A DNA stretch of 27,882 bases from Candidatus Hydrothermarchaeota archaeon. Lineage in GTDB: Archaea > Hydrothermarchaeota > Hydrothermarchaeia > Hydrothermarchaeales > JACQPM01. A program made the translations under genes and the position numbers. This document shows positions 7,132-17,591 of this stretch, one piece after another (the first letter of the stretch is position 1; each line of letters starts with the position of its first letter). Below the pieces are notes generated by a model that did no database searches, was not told where the DNA came from, and was given only the letters and a program-made list of their open reading frames with translations. The stretch lies in contig JBBSVP010000234.1 in assembly GCA_038046745.1 (NCBI GenBank), forward strand, positions 1-27,882, written 5' to 3'.

Positions 7132-8310
7132 ATGATAGGATGTACGAAGCTCCTCTGCGGTACCGCCACCGTCTCCCACGCCATAAAGTACGAGGGCGTT
7201 TCGCCGGGGGAGGTGCCCCATGAGCTCCTCCAGTTCTCCACCGCCCTCAAGCCCATTGTCGTCTGGAACACGACCCGGCGGTGCAACCTCCGCTGCAAGC
7301 ACTGCTACATAAAGGCCGAGGACAAGGAGTTCGCTGGAGAGCTGACCACAGAGGAGGCGAAGGCCTTCATAGACGATTTGGCCAGTTATAAGGTCCCTGT
7401 CCTCCTCTTCTCTGGCGGGGAACCCCTCGTCAGGAGAGATTTCTACGAGCTTGGCAGGTACGCCGCCGATAGGGGCCTCAGGACCGTCGTCTCGACCAAC
7501 GGGACGCTGATAACCAAGGACGCCGCGAAGAGGATGCAAGAGGCCGGTTTCAAGTACGTGGGTGTGAGCCTCGACGGCCTCTCTGCTACCCACAACCGGT
7601 TCCGGGGGCAGAGGGATGCCTTCGAGAAGGCGACGCGGGGGATAAGGAACGCCCTGGGGGCAGGGCTCAATACTGGCGTAAGATTCACCATAAGCAAGTA
7701 CAACTACAAGGAGCTCCCCCAGGTGATAGACTTCGTCGTGAAGGAGAAGATCCCCCGCTTCTGCATGTACCACCTGGTCTATGCCGGCAGGGGGAAGGAG
7801 ATAGCCGGGAGCGACCTGTCCAACGAGGAGAGGCGGGAGGTGATGGAGTTCCTCGTAACGAAAACTCTGGAGCTCCACGGGAAGAAGGTACCCCTGGAGA
7901 TATTGACAGTGGACAACCACGCCGACGGCGTCTATCTATACCGGTACGTGAAGGAGAAGGAGCCAGCCAGGGCCCAAGAGGTCATGGAGCTCCTCAAGAT
8001 GCACGGCGGGTGCTCCGCCTGCGGTAAGGTGGCCAATGTGGATAATTTAGGCAACATACACCCGTGCCAATTTTGGGGGCATGAGATCCTGGGGAACGTG
8101 CGGGAGCGGAAGTTCAGCGAGATCTGGTCCAAGGGCGAGGGATTCATGGCCGAGATGCGGGAGAAGCCCAAGCACCTGAAGGGGAAGTGCTCCGTCTGCA
8201 GCTACAACTCCATCTGCGGCGGCTGCAGGATAAGGGCCGAGAGCGTTCACGGGGACGTCTGGGCCGAGGATCCGGCCTGCTACCTGACGGTGGACGAGAT
8301 CAAGGGATAG
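7132..8310 (+). CDS. ahbC: Radical SAM/SPASM Fe-coproporphyrin III synthase (12,18-didecarboxysiroheme deacetylase)
   Basis: The N-terminus MIGCTKLLCG resembles AhbC (MIGISKLYC type). Also VVWNTTRRCNLRCKHCY (CxxxCxxC), FSGGEPL and SPASM cysteines (GGCSAC, PCQFW, CSVC...CGGCRIRA, DPAC). Confidence 0.87.
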   Translation: MIGCTKLLCGTATVSHAIKYEGVSPGEVPHELLQFSTALKPIVVWNTTRRCNLRCKHCYIKAEDKEFAGELTTEEAKAFIDDLASYKVPVLLFSGGEPLVRRDFYELGRYAADRGLRTVVSTNGTLITKDAAKRMQEAGFKYVGVSLDGLSATHNRFRGQRDAFEKATRGIRNALGAGLNTGVRFTISKYNYKELPQVIDFVVKEKIPRFCMYHLVYAGRGKEIAGSDLSNEERREVMEFLVTKTLELHGKKVPLEILTVDNHADGVYLYRYVKEKEPARAQEVMELLKMHGGCSACGKVANVDNLGNIHPCQFWGHEILGNVRERKFSEIWSKGEGFMAEMREKPKHLKGKCSVCSYNSICGGCRIRAESVHGDVWAEDPACYLTVDEIKG

Positions 8311-8366
8311 ACTACCCTCCTGGCTACGGCAACCTTAATATCTTGGGTCCCAGATAGGGTTTCCAG

Positions 8367-10349
8367 ATGACCAGGAAACTGGTAGTGGGGAATGGAAACC
8401 TCTTCATAAACTACGATGACGACCTCAATATAAGGGACCTATATTTCCCCCACGTGGGGATGGAGAACCACGTGGACGGGAACAGGTGCAGGTTCGGGAT
8501 CTGGGTCGACGGGAAGTTCTCCTGGCTGATGAACGGCTGGGGGGAGCGGAGCCTCAAGTACCTGGAGGACTCCATGGTGACGGATGCCTGGGCCAGGAAC
8601 AACGACCTCGGCATAGAGCTCAGGGTGAACGATGGGGTCCATTACTCCAAGAACATCTTCCTGAGGAAGGTGGTGGTGAAGAACCTCCGGGGGGGCGAGA
8701 GGGAGGTGCGGCTCTTCTTCGGCCAGGACTTCCGGCTCTACGGCATGAACGTGGGGGATACGGCCTGCTACGATCCGGCGGTGGGCTCCATCGTCCACTA
8801 CAAGAAGAAGAGGTACTTCCTCATAAACGGCCGCGCAGGAAAGGAGGGGATATACCAGTACTCCACGGGATGGGCCGGTTTCGCCGGGGCGGAGGGCACC
8901 TGGCGCGACGCCGAGGATGGGGTCCTCTCCAACAACCCCATAGCCCAGGGCTCCGTGGACTCGACGGTGAGCTTCCGGATTAGGGTCCCGGCCTGGGGGG
9001 AGAGGGAGGTCTACTACTGGATCGCCGCCGGCATGGACTTCATGGAGGTCAAGAGGCTCAACGAAGAGGTCCTTCGCTCAGACCCAGCGAAGCTCCTGAG
9101 GGAGATCGACACCTACCACAAGGCCTGGCTCAGCGCAGGGACGAAGATGCAGGGGCTCAACTTCAAGGACCTGCCAGAGAAGGTAGTGAGGATGTTCAAG
9201 CGCTCCCTCCTCATCATCAGAGCCCATATCGACGGGGATGGGGCGGTGATTGCGGCCAACGACTCCGATGTGACCCAGTTCAACAGGGATCACTACAGCT
9301 ATATGTGGCCCAGGGACGGGGCCCTCGTGGCCTACGCCCTCGACAAGGCGGGGTACTCCGTCGAAACGAGGAAGTTCTTCGAATTCTGCTCACGGATCAT
9401 GACCAAGAGGGGCTTCTTCCTTCACAAATACAACCCTGACGGGACCTTCGCCTCCAGCTGGCACCCCTGGATAGGGAGCGATGGGAAGCCTCAGCTCCCG
9501 ATCCAGGAGGACGGAACCGCCTTCATCGTCTTCTCCCTCTGGCACCACTACTACCAATTTAAGGATATAGAGTTTGTCAAGACCCTCTACGAGCCCCTGG
9601 TCAAGAAGGCCGTGGACTTCATGATAAGGTACAGGCACCCCGAGCTCAAGCTCCCCCTGCCCAGCTACGACCTCTGGGAGGAGAGGATAGGTACCTTCAC
9701 TTTCACCTCCTCGGCGGTCTATGCTGGGATAGCGGCGGCCTGGAACTTCGCCAACCTCTTCGGGGACTACGAACTGGCAGAGAGTTACAAGAAGGCCGCC
9801 CTGGAGGTGAGGGACGGCGTCTGGAATCTCCTCTACGATGAGGGGCTTGGGAGGTTCGTTCGGGGGATCAATGTGGATGCCCAGGGGAAGATAATCAAGG
9901 ACCCCACCATCGACAGCAGCCTCTACAGCGTCTTCTACTTCTGCGCCCTGCCGGCGGACGACCCCAGGATAGAGGGGACTATGAAGGCCATCGAGCGGCG
10001 GCTGTGGTGCAAGACGAAGGTGGGCGGCGTGGCGAGGTACGAGAATGACCACTACCGCAAGATCAGCTGGGATGTGGAGAATGTCCCCGGCAACCCCTGG
10101 TTCATATGCACCCTCTGGCTGGCGGAGTGGTATGTCGCCAGAGCGAAGGAGTTGAAGGACCTGCGGAGGGCGGTGGAGGTCCTGGAATGGGTCACCGACC
10201 ACGCCGCTGAGTCTGGGATACTGGGGGAGCAGTTGAACCCTTACACAAGTGAGCCGATATCCGTGTCTCCCCTGGCTTGGTCCCACGCCACCTTCGTCAT
10301 CGCCGTCCTCGAGTACCTGGAGAAGTACAAGGGGCTGGAGAGCGGCTAG
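8367..10349 (+). CDS. Glycoside hydrolase family 15 (glucoamylase/trehalase-like)
   Basis: VGNGNL, LYFPHVG, YSYMWPRDG, SYDLWEE (catalytic acid region), GVARYEND.Y, GNPWFICTLW, GILGEQ and PLAWSHA. Confidence 0.92.
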   Translation: MTRKLVVGNGNLFINYDDDLNIRDLYFPHVGMENHVDGNRCRFGIWVDGKFSWLMNGWGERSLKYLEDSMVTDAWARNNDLGIELRVNDGVHYSKNIFLRKVVVKNLRGGEREVRLFFGQDFRLYGMNVGDTACYDPAVGSIVHYKKKRYFLINGRAGKEGIYQYSTGWAGFAGAEGTWRDAEDGVLSNNPIAQGSVDSTVSFRIRVPAWGEREVYYWIAAGMDFMEVKRLNEEVLRSDPAKLLREIDTYHKAWLSAGTKMQGLNFKDLPEKVVRMFKRSLLIIRAHIDGDGAVIAANDSDVTQFNRDHYSYMWPRDGALVAYALDKAGYSVETRKFFEFCSRIMTKRGFFLHKYNPDGTFASSWHPWIGSDGKPQLPIQEDGTAFIVFSLWHHYYQFKDIEFVKTLYEPLVKKAVDFMIRYRHPELKLPLPSYDLWEERIGTFTFTSSAVYAGIAAAWNFANLFGDYELAESYKKAALEVRDGVWNLLYDEGLGRFVRGINVDAQGKIIKDPTIDSSLYSVFYFCALPADDPRIEGTMKAIERRLWCKTKVGGVARYENDHYRKISWDVENVPGNPWFICTLWLAEWYVARAKELKDLRRAVEVLEWVTDHAAESGILGEQLNPYTSEPISVSPLAWSHATFVIAVLEYLEKYKGLESG

Positions 10350-12292
10350 ACCTTGGGGAGGGCCTCTCCCACCGCCGAGACCTTTATGTTGGAGCCGCCA
10401 TAGTCCTTCCTCCCGGTGACCAGCATGACTACGAAATCTTCCTTCTCCACCACGATCTTGGGGTCCTTCGCTCCGGCCCTGATCGCCTGAGTCCTGGCTT
10501 CCTTCGTGGCGTGCTCTATTGCGTACTTTATGGCATCATCCTTCTTCAAGATCGCCGCGCCATCAGGGTAGACGTAATACCGGTTCTGAATCTCCTTCCT
10601 TATGATGCGCTTCTCCACGGTCCAGGAGACGCGGCCAGATACGGCCCCCACGGCATTGCCCACCTCGTAGCACTCGGGGATTATTATCTCGGTGTTGAGG
10701 ATCTCCTTGAGGGCTGGGAGGAACTCCTCCGCCGGGCCGCCGACGCCCACGATGGGGAAGACGGGCTCCATTGTGCAGTTGAAGTAGCGCCGGTCCTTGT
10801 CCATGGACTTGTTCATGAGGAGGTGGCAGGTCCCGCAGAGGTTCTCGCTCTTGGACCATTCGGTGATGAGCTTCTTCAGTACTGCCTCCCCGGCCTTCTT
10901 AACCAGGACCGCACGGGCCTCCTGGCAGAACTCCTCGGGGGTCTTGCCCATCTGGTCCCCCAGCATCTGGGCCCCGAGCCGGGAGGCCTCCGCGTCCCCT
11001 ATGACGTACTTCTTCTGGACATGGAGGATGTCCAGGGGCGTGAAGCCTACCCGCATCACGGCGTCCAGCTCCTCGAGCTTCGCCAGGGACTCCTCGAACC
11101 TCATCTTGGTGAACTCGTCCAGGCTGGCCTTGAGCTCGTCCTCGGCCACGGGGTTGAGCTTGTTTATGGCGTCCAGGAGTTGGAGAACCTCCGTCTCGGC
11201 CTTGACCGTCTTCCTGGAGGCCTGATAGGTAGTAAGATAACTGAGATTCCCAGTATTCCTGATCTTCTCGAGGATGGACGGATACTCCTTGGCCGCTGTG
11301 GCCAGCGGTATTACCCGCCTGGGGCCTATGTGGATGTCGGTGCCGTCCGTCACCGTGATGTTGGACTCGCAGCCGAGGCCCTCGGAGACGGTGTCCACGG
11401 AGCGCACCCTCGTCCTCCAGCCTCCCACCAGGGAGCCCTCTTCAGTCACCTTCGGAAAGCCGCTCTCCAATATCGCTATATCGGTGGTCGTGCCGCCGAT
11501 GTCCACGATGATGGCACTCTTCTTCCCTGCCAGGAAGCAGCCGCCCATGGAAGAGGCCGCCGGTCCAGACTGGAGGGTCTCTATGGGCCTCTCCCTGGCC
11601 ACCAGCTCGGAGATGAGGGAGCCGTCCCCCCTGACGACCATGAGGGGGGCGTCTATCCCCTTCTCTCCCATGGCCACCTTCACCTCCTTCAGAAGGTCGT
11701 CGGTGAGGGGTATCAGCCTGGCGTTGAGGACCGCCGTCACCGAGCGCTCGTAGAGCCCCAGCTTGGATGAGAGATCGGAACCGCAGACGACCGGCAGGTT
11801 GGTATGCTTCCTTATGATATCGGCGGTCATCTTCTCGTAGGAGTTGCTTATGACACTCATGAAGCCCGAGACGGCGAAGGAGTCCACATCCGTGGCCACC
11901 TTCTTCACCCACTCCGTGATGGCGTCAAAGTCTGGAGGGATCTCCTCGGACCTTATGGCGCTCTCACCGCCCTCGGTGTAGTAGACGAGCTTGGCCGGGA
12001 ACTTCCACTCCTCGTAAGGTGTGTAGCCTATCACTATCAGCGCCACCTCCCCGCCCTTCGATTCAACTATGGCGTTGGTGGCGAGGGTGGTGGAGAGGGA
12101 GAGGAGCTTCACGTCCTTGGGGTCTATGGAGAAGTCCGTGAGGACCTTGTTCATGGAGTTTATGAGCCCGATGGAGAGGTCGTAGTGGGTCGTGGGAGCT
12201 TTAGCCTTGGCTATGATCTTCTTGGTATCGAAGTCGATGGCCACGCAGTCTGTATAGGTGCTTCCTGTATCGATCCCTAGGCCGAGCCTCAT
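10346..12292 (-). CDS. Hydantoinase A/oxoprolinase family ATP-binding protein (stand-alone)
   Basis: LGIDTGSTYTD, LSTTLATNAIVE, TAVLNARL, SGPAAS and VDIGGTTTDIA (actin-like ATPase motifs). Confidence 0.88.
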   Translation of the reverse strand: MRLGLGIDTGSTYTDCVAIDFDTKKIIAKAKAPTTHYDLSIGLINSMNKVLTDFSIDPKDVKLLSLSTTLATNAIVESKGGEVALIVIGYTPYEEWKFPAKLVYYTEGGESAIRSEEIPPDFDAITEWVKKVATDVDSFAVSGFMSVISNSYEKMTADIIRKHTNLPVVCGSDLSSKLGLYERSVTAVLNARLIPLTDDLLKEVKVAMGEKGIDAPLMVVRGDGSLISELVARERPIETLQSGPAASSMGGCFLAGKKSAIIVDIGGTTTDIAILESGFPKVTEEGSLVGGWRTRVRSVDTVSEGLGCESNITVTDGTDIHIGPRRVIPLATAAKEYPSILEKIRNTGNLSYLTTYQASRKTVKAETEVLQLLDAINKLNPVAEDELKASLDEFTKMRFEESLAKLEELDAVMRVGFTPLDILHVQKKYVIGDAEASRLGAQMLGDQMGKTPEEFCQEARAVLVKKAGEAVLKKLITEWSKSENLCGTCHLLMNKSMDKDRRYFNCTMEPVFPIVGVGGPAEEFLPALKEILNTEIIIPECYEVGNAVGAVSGRVSWTVEKRIIRKEIQNRYYVYPDGAAILKKDDAIKYAIEHATKEARTQAIRAGAKDPKIVVEKEDFVVMLVTGRKDYGGSNIKVSAVGEALPKV

Positions 12293-12333
12293 GCTCCTGC
12301 CTCCAACTTTTTCTTCGTAATCGCCAGGGAGAC

Positions 12334-12340
12334 ATATAAA
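12334..12340 (-). promoter_or_regulatory. TATA box for the hydantoinase-family gene
   Basis: Minus-strand TTTATAT about 42 nt upstream of ATG 12292, with GGAGG near the start. Confidence 0.45.
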
Positions 12341-12350
12341 GATACTGGCG

Positions 12351-13001
12351 CTAGGCCTTCTCCACCCTGGCCACCAGGAGGGCTCCTGGGAGTAGTCTGA
12401 AGATGGGCCCCAGACCTATGGCAAAATTGATGGGCGGGAGGAAGACCGCTTCTTTTATCTCTGCCCCCGGGAGCATCGCCCTGAGCTCCCCCCTGGTGTA
12501 GAAGCGGGCGCCATAATATACGCCCTGGACGAAGGGGCGCTTCAGCCTCTGGGTCAGGCCCCAGAGGCTCTGCCTGTTCATCACCCCCAGGAGGAGGACC
12601 CCGTGGGGTCGCAGGACCCTGAGCATCTCCGCCAGGGCTCCTTCCGGGGACCTGGAGAACTCCAGCATGTTCATGGAGAGGACGAGGTCGAATGAGGCTG
12701 GGGGGAAGGGCAGCTCCTCTGCCGGGGCGTGCCTGAACTCTGCCTGGACGCCCTCCCTCAGGGCCTTCTCCAGGGCTATGCGGAGCATGGCCTCTGAGGC
12801 GTCGACCCCCACGGTCTTGAGGCCCCTGCGGGCCAGGAAGAGGGTATAGAACCCCGTACCGCACCCCACGTCCAGGGCCGAGCCCCTCTCCGGTAGGTGG
12901 GGGAGGATGGCGGCCCTGGCCTCAGCCCCATAGGCCCGCCCCAAGGGCGTGGCATACCACCTATCGTACTCCTTCTCGTTGAAGCTCTGGGAGGGGGGCA
13001 T
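12351..13001 (-). CDS. Class I SAM-dependent methyltransferase (type 11-like)
   Basis: LDVGCGTG, GVDASEAML, AEELPFPPASFDLV, EMLRVLRPHG. Confidence 0.9.
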   Translation of the reverse strand: MPPSQSFNEKEYDRWYATPLGRAYGAEARAAILPHLPERGSALDVGCGTGFYTLFLARRGLKTVGVDASEAMLRIALEKALREGVQAEFRHAPAEELPFPPASFDLVLSMNMLEFSRSPEGALAEMLRVLRPHGVLLLGVMNRQSLWGLTQRLKRPFVQGVYYGARFYTRGELRAMLPGAEIKEAVFLPPINFAIGLGPIFRLLPGALLVARVEKA

Positions 13002-13002
13002 A

Positions 13003-13422
13003 CTACTCCAACGCCACCGTGAACATGTACTGGGTCGTCGTGGGCAGCGCCTTCCTGAGGACCCGCACCTCGGGCTTGTAGATGAAGAGCTCGTCGCCCT
13101 GGGCCTCCCTCCCCAGGAGCAGGGCCACGACGAAACACTCCGCCTTCCCCACTATCCTGGCCGTCCCCTCGCCGTACCTCTCGGCGGCGAGCTCGATATA
13201 TAGGGGTAGGAGGAGCTGGTACCGGAGTTCCTCCGGTACCAACTCCTTGAGGCGCTCCAGTTCTTCTCTCTTTATCAGGTGGGTGGACCCGTCCCTGAGG
13301 GCCAGCCTGGGCCTCTCCTCCCGCAGGAGACTCTCCAGGTCCCTCTTGCCGACCGCCAGGTGGCGGTTGAGGAGCTCCAGCTGCCGGGCGAAGAGGCGGA
13401 GGTCGCGGTCGCGATCTTCCAT
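13003..13422 (-). CDS. DUF61 (UPF0216) family protein
   Basis: LNRHL...LL.EERP...RDGSTH, LPLYIE, IYKPE and LPTTTQYMF. As I recall, this family is commonly found just after archaeal atpD. Confidence 0.8.
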   Translation of the reverse strand: MEDRDRDLRLFARQLELLNRHLAVGKRDLESLLREERPRLALRDGSTHLIKREELERLKELVPEELRYQLLLPLYIELAAERYGEGTARIVGKAECFVVALLLGREAQGDELFIYKPEVRVLRKALPTTTQYMFTVALE

Positions 13423-13424
13423 CC

Positions 13425-14093
13425 CTAGGCGGCCCCTGGCCCCGCCTCCTCCCGGGCCTCCATCATGGCCTTGATCCTCTTCAGCTTGAAGAAGCTCTCC
13501 CTCTCCATCTCGTCCAGGCGCATCTTTATGTACTTCACCGTGGCGTCGAGGCGGGGGATGAGGATGTTCTCCAGCGAACTGACGCGCCGCTTCGTCCTCT
13601 CAATCTCACGGGCCAGGAGCCTGATGGACTTCTCGATCTCGGCCAGCTCGACGAGGGTTTTGAGGCTCTCCTCGAACCTCCGGGATGCCTCGTCCAGCTG
13701 GGAGGAGGTGTCTGCTATCCCATAGCCCCGCTCCAGGATACCTCTCTTGGTTTCGCCCAGCTCCAGGGTGGGAACCTTGACGCCCATCACGTTCCTGGAC
13801 TCCACGCGTCCTATCTCTATATTGGCCCTCACGGCCAGCGAGGCCTCTGCAACCTTTATGGTCCCTGAGGAGGCCTCGGCCATGATGAGGGCCCCGAAGG
13901 CCTCGGCGAGCTCCCCCGCAGCCTTCTTCCTTATGCCCTTGGCCTGCGCCAGGACGTTGAAGAACTCCATGATGAGGGCATCCCGCTTCTGCTTGAGGAG
14001 CTTGTGCCCCTTCACCGCCAGCTTGACCTTCGTCTTGAGCTTCAGGAGCTCCATCCTGGTGGGGTTTATCCCCTCGATCTTCTCGATGGCCAT
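13425..14093 (-). CDS. atpD: A-type ATP synthase subunit D
   Basis: [49 protein letters not shown]. Confidence 0.96.
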   Translation of the reverse strand: MAIEKIEGINPTRMELLKLKTKVKLAVKGHKLLKQKRDALIMEFFNVLAQAKGIRKKAAGELAEAFGALIMAEASSGTIKVAEASLAVRANIEIGRVESRNVMGVKVPTLELGETKRGILERGYGIADTSSQLDEASRRFEESLKTLVELAEIEKSIRLLAREIERTKRRVSSLENILIPRLDATVKYIKMRLDEMERESFFKLKRIKAMMEAREEAGPGAA

Positions 14094-14095
14094 GG

Positions 14096-15489
14096 CTACT
14101 TCTTCCGGTAGTTCGGGTGGTATTTCTTGACGTACTCGTCCTTGACCCTCTTCAGCTCCCTCTCTGGGAGGCCTGAGAGAAGGTCCCAGCCTATCTCCAG
14201 GGTGCGCTCTATGGTCCTGTCCTCGTCCTTCCCCTGGGCCACGAACTCCTTCTCGAACCTCTCGGCGAAGTGGAGATACTTCTTGTCCCTGTCCGTCAGG
14301 GCCTCCTCCCCCACCACCGCCACCAGGTCCCTCAGGTCCCTGCCCTCGGCGTAGCCGGAGTAGAGCTGGTCTGAGACGTTGGAGTGGTCCTCCCTCGTCC
14401 TCTCCTTGCCTATACCGCCCTTCATCAGCCTGGAGAGGGAAGGCAACACGTCCACGGGCGGATATACGCCCTTCCTGTGGAGCTCCCTCGATAGGACGAA
14501 CTGCCCCTCGGTGATATAGCCAGTCAGGTCCGGGATCGGATGGGTCTTGTCGTCGTCGGGCATCGTCAGAATCGGCATCTGGGTGATGGAGCCCTTCTTC
14601 CCATGGACCCTGCCGGCCCGCTCGTAGATGGTGGCCAGGTCTGTGTACATGTACCCTGGGTAGCCCCGCCGACCTGGGACCTCGCTCCTGGCCGCCGCTA
14701 TCTCTCGCAGGGCCTCGCAGTAGTTCGTCATGTCCGTCAGGATGACCAGGACGTGCATGCCCTGCTCGTAGGCGAAGTACTCGGCGGTGGTGAGGGCCAT
14801 CCTGGGCGTTATGATCCGCTCTATGGCGGGATCGTCGGCCAGGTTGAGGAAGGCCGTGACCCTCTCCAGGGCCACCGTCCTCTCGAAGTCCTTCATGAAG
14901 AAGTTGGCCTCTTCGTAGGTTATGCCCATGGCGGCGAAGACGACGGAGAACTCCCCTCCTTCCCCAGGACCTTGGCCTGCCTCGCTATCTGGGCGGCCAG
15001 GGCGTTGTGGGGCAGCCCGGAGCCCGAGAAGATCGGGAGCTTCTGCCCCCTGACGAGGGTGTTCATCCCGTCGATGGTGCTGATACCGGTCTGGATGAAG
15101 TCCCTGGGGTACTCCCTGGACTTGGGGTTTATCGGATTACCGTTTATCTCCAGCTCGTCCTCAGCGATGATGGGAGGTCCCTTGTCTATGGGCTTGCCGG
15201 TCCCGTCGAATATGCGCCCCAGCATCTCTGTGGAGACCGGGATCCTCATTGTCTCTCCAGTGAACCTCACCTTGGTCTTGAGGGTATCTATGCCACGGGT
15301 GCCCTCGAAGACCTGGACCACGGCCCGGTCCTCCAGGGCCTCCAGGACCTGACCCCGCCTCTTCTCTCCCGAGGGGAGCACTATCTCCACCACTTCGCCG
15401 TAGCTGACGCCACTGACCTTGTCCACGATCATCAGGGGGCCGTAGACCTCGCTTACGGAGGTGTACTCCTTTATCTTCAGGGCCTCCAT
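14096..15489 (-). CDS. atpB: A-type ATP synthase subunit B, interrupted by a one-base frameshift near 14953-14956
   Basis: The N-half reads to [32 protein letters not shown]. The next frame continues [16 protein letters not shown]...[15 protein letters not shown]. Adding one base gives 464 aa. Confidence 0.93.
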
Positions 15490-17259
15490 CTACTTCACCT
15501 CCTTCGCGGTGAGGGCCTTGAGCTGCTCCTCGATCTTCGTCTCGATCTCCTTGATGGCCTTGGGGAAGTCCTTCTCAGGGACGTACTTCAGCCTGGCTAT
15601 ATCGTCCTTCACCTGGAGGGTGGCTATCTGCTTCGCCGGCATCCCCTTCCCCACGGCCTCCAGGGAGCGGTCGTAGAACCTGAGCATCACCTCGAGCATG
15701 GCTATCTGCTTCTTGGCGCTGCAGTAGGTATCGACATCGTGGTAGGCGTTCTGCTGGAGGAAGTCCTCCCTTATCACCCGCGCGCCCTCCAGCGTCACCC
15801 TCTCCCTCTCTGGGAGGGCATCTGGGCCGACGAGCTGGACGATCTCCTGGAGCTCCGCCTCCTTCTGGAGGAGGGCCATGGCCCGCCCCCTGGAGCTCTT
15901 CCAGGTCTCCGATACCTCCTTCTTCCACCACCCCTCCACGCTGTCCAGGTACAGAGAGTAGGACCTGAGCCAGTTGATGGCAGGGAAGTGCCGCCGATTG
16001 GCGAGCGACGCGTCTAGGGCCCAGAAGACCTTGGTGATCCTGAGGGTGTTCTGGGTGACGGGCTCCGAGAAGTCCCCGCCCGGGGGCGAGACTGCTCCGA
16101 CCACCGAGAGGGAGCCCTCTCTGCTGTCGGACCCCAGGGTCGTGACCCGGCCGGCCCGCTCATAGAAGTCTGCAAGCCTCGAGGCGAGGTAGGCTGGATA
16201 GCCCTCCTCCCCCGGCATCTCCTCCAGGCGGCCCGAGATCTCCCTCATGGCCTCGGCCCATCGGGAGGTCGAGTCTGCCATCAGGGCCACGTCGTAGCCC
16301 ATGTCCCGGAAGTACTCGGCTATGGTTATGCCTGTGTAGACCGAGGCGTCCCTGGCCGCCACCGGCATGTTGGAGGTGTTGGCTATGAGCACCGTCCGCT
16401 CCATCAGGGGCTTCCCTGACTTGGGATCTATGAGGTGGGGGAACTCCTCCAGGACCTCCGTCATCTCGTTCCCCCTCTCCCCGCATCCCACGTACACGAT
16501 TACTTGGGCATCGCACCACTTGGATAGCTGCTGCTGGGTGACGGTCTTCCCAGCCCCGAAGGGGCCTGGGATGGCGGCCGTACCTCCCTTGGATACCGGG
16601 AAGAAGGTGTCCAGTATCCTCTGCCCCGTCAGGAGAGGGGCCTGGGGCTCCTTCTTCTCCTTGAAGGGCCTCCCTATCCGCACCGGCCACTTCTGGAGCA
16701 TGGAGATCTCCTGCCGCCCCTTGGAGGTCTCTATCACAGCGATGGTCTCTTCGATGGTATACTCACCGGCCTCTGAGACCTCCACCACCTTGCCTTCCAC
16801 TCCTGGCGGGACCATGATCTTGTGGACTATGAGGGCCGTCTCCTGGACCTCGCCCAGGAAGTCGCCGCCAGAGACCTGCTGCCCCTTCTTGGCCAGGGGC
16901 TTGAAGGTCCACTTAGCTTCCCTGTCGAGGGAGGGTATGTCCACCCCCCGGGTGATGAAGATCCCGGTCTTCGACCTCACAACCTCCAGGGGTCTCTGGA
17001 TACCGTCGAAGATCCCTTTCAGGATCCCAGGGCCCAGTTCCACGGAGAGCTGGAGGCCCGTCCCCAGGACCTTCTGCCCCGGGGCTATACCGGCGGTCTC
17101 CTCGTAGACCTGGATGGTAGCTGTGTCCCCAGCCAGCTCTATGATTTCCCCTATCAGCCTCTGCTCCCCCACCCTCACCACCTCGTACATCAGGGACCCC
17201 CTCATGCCCTTCGCGACCATGACGGGCCCCGCTATTCTGGCTATAACACCTTCTGGCAT
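15490..17259 (-). CDS. atpA: A-type ATP synthase catalytic subunit A
   Basis: Walker [30 protein letters not shown] and [11 protein letters not shown] 17259 is preceded by GGTGGTGGAG. No intein. Confidence 0.97.
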   Translation of the reverse strand: MPEGVIARIAGPVMVAKGMRGSLMYEVVRVGEQRLIGEIIELAGDTATIQVYEETAGIAPGQKVLGTGLQLSVELGPGILKGIFDGIQRPLEVVRSKTGIFITRGVDIPSLDREAKWTFKPLAKKGQQVSGGDFLGEVQETALIVHKIMVPPGVEGKVVEVSEAGEYTIEETIAVIETSKGRQEISMLQKWPVRIGRPFKEKKEPQAPLLTGQRILDTFFPVSKGGTAAIPGPFGAGKTVTQQQLSKWCDAQVIVYVGCGERGNEMTEVLEEFPHLIDPKSGKPLMERTVLIANTSNMPVAARDASVYTGITIAEYFRDMGYDVALMADSTSRWAEAMREISGRLEEMPGEEGYPAYLASRLADFYERAGRVTTLGSDSREGSLSVVGAVSPPGGDFSEPVTQNTLRITKVFWALDASLANRRHFPAINWLRSYSLYLDSVEGWWKKEVSETWKSSRGRAMALLQKEAELQEIVQLVGPDALPERERVTLEGARVIREDFLQQNAYHDVDTYCSAKKQIAMLEVMLRFYDRSLEAVGKGMPAKQIATLQVKDDIARLKYVPEKDFPKAIKEIETKIEEQLKALTAKEVK

Positions 17260-17268
17260 CTCCACCAC

Positions 17269-17589
17269 CTATCCAAACTTTATCTCTACGCCCACCGCCC
17301 TCTTTATCAGCTCTTTGATGGGATCCACCTTCTTCGCCATGGGCCCCTCCCTGTCTGGAATCTCCACGATGAGGGGCGTTATCCGCCCTTCGGTGATCCC
17401 TTCCATCTCAGCCCTTATCTCATCGGCGATCCTCTCGGTGACTATGACGAGGCCCATCTCTTTATCTCCCACGAGTTCCCTGAGGAGGCCCACAGCCTCC
17501 TTGGGGGCCGAGACCTCGTAGGCGTCCCTTATCCCTGCCAGCCGGAAGCCCGTGACGGTGGTGGCATCCCCGAGGACACTTATCTTCAT
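17269..17589 (-). CDS. atpF: A-type ATP synthase subunit F
   Basis: MKISVLGDATTVTGFRLAGI, LIVEIPD, IKRAVGV. Confidence 0.95.
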   Translation of the reverse strand: MKISVLGDATTVTGFRLAGIRDAYEVSAPKEAVGLLRELVGDKEMGLVIVTERIADEIRAEMEGITEGRITPLIVEIPDREGPMAKKVDPIKELIKRAVGVEIKFG

Positions 17590-17591
17590 GC

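Noticed and set aside
6487-7920. 477-aa minus-strand ORF, plus similar long ORFs at 10277-11770, 16822-18228, 21737-22909 and 9390-10286
   Set aside because: Antisense shadows of well-supported genes, expected where third codon positions are GC-rich. They are Pro/Gly/Leu/His-rich and carry no motifs.
10346-10349. Convergent GH15 and hydantoinase genes share their stops in a CTAG overlap
   Set aside because: A common consequence of genome compaction and TAG usage; no further signal.
10823-10837. CxxCH as evidence for a c-type cytochrome
   Set aside because: A single motif in a cytoplasmic ATPase-fold protein with no signal peptide. Kept only as a possible metal site.
14860-14885. AtpB reads ERTVALER where ERTGALER is usual
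   Set aside because: A single-base difference (GTG versus GGG) close to the frameshift; cannot be separated from local sequence error.
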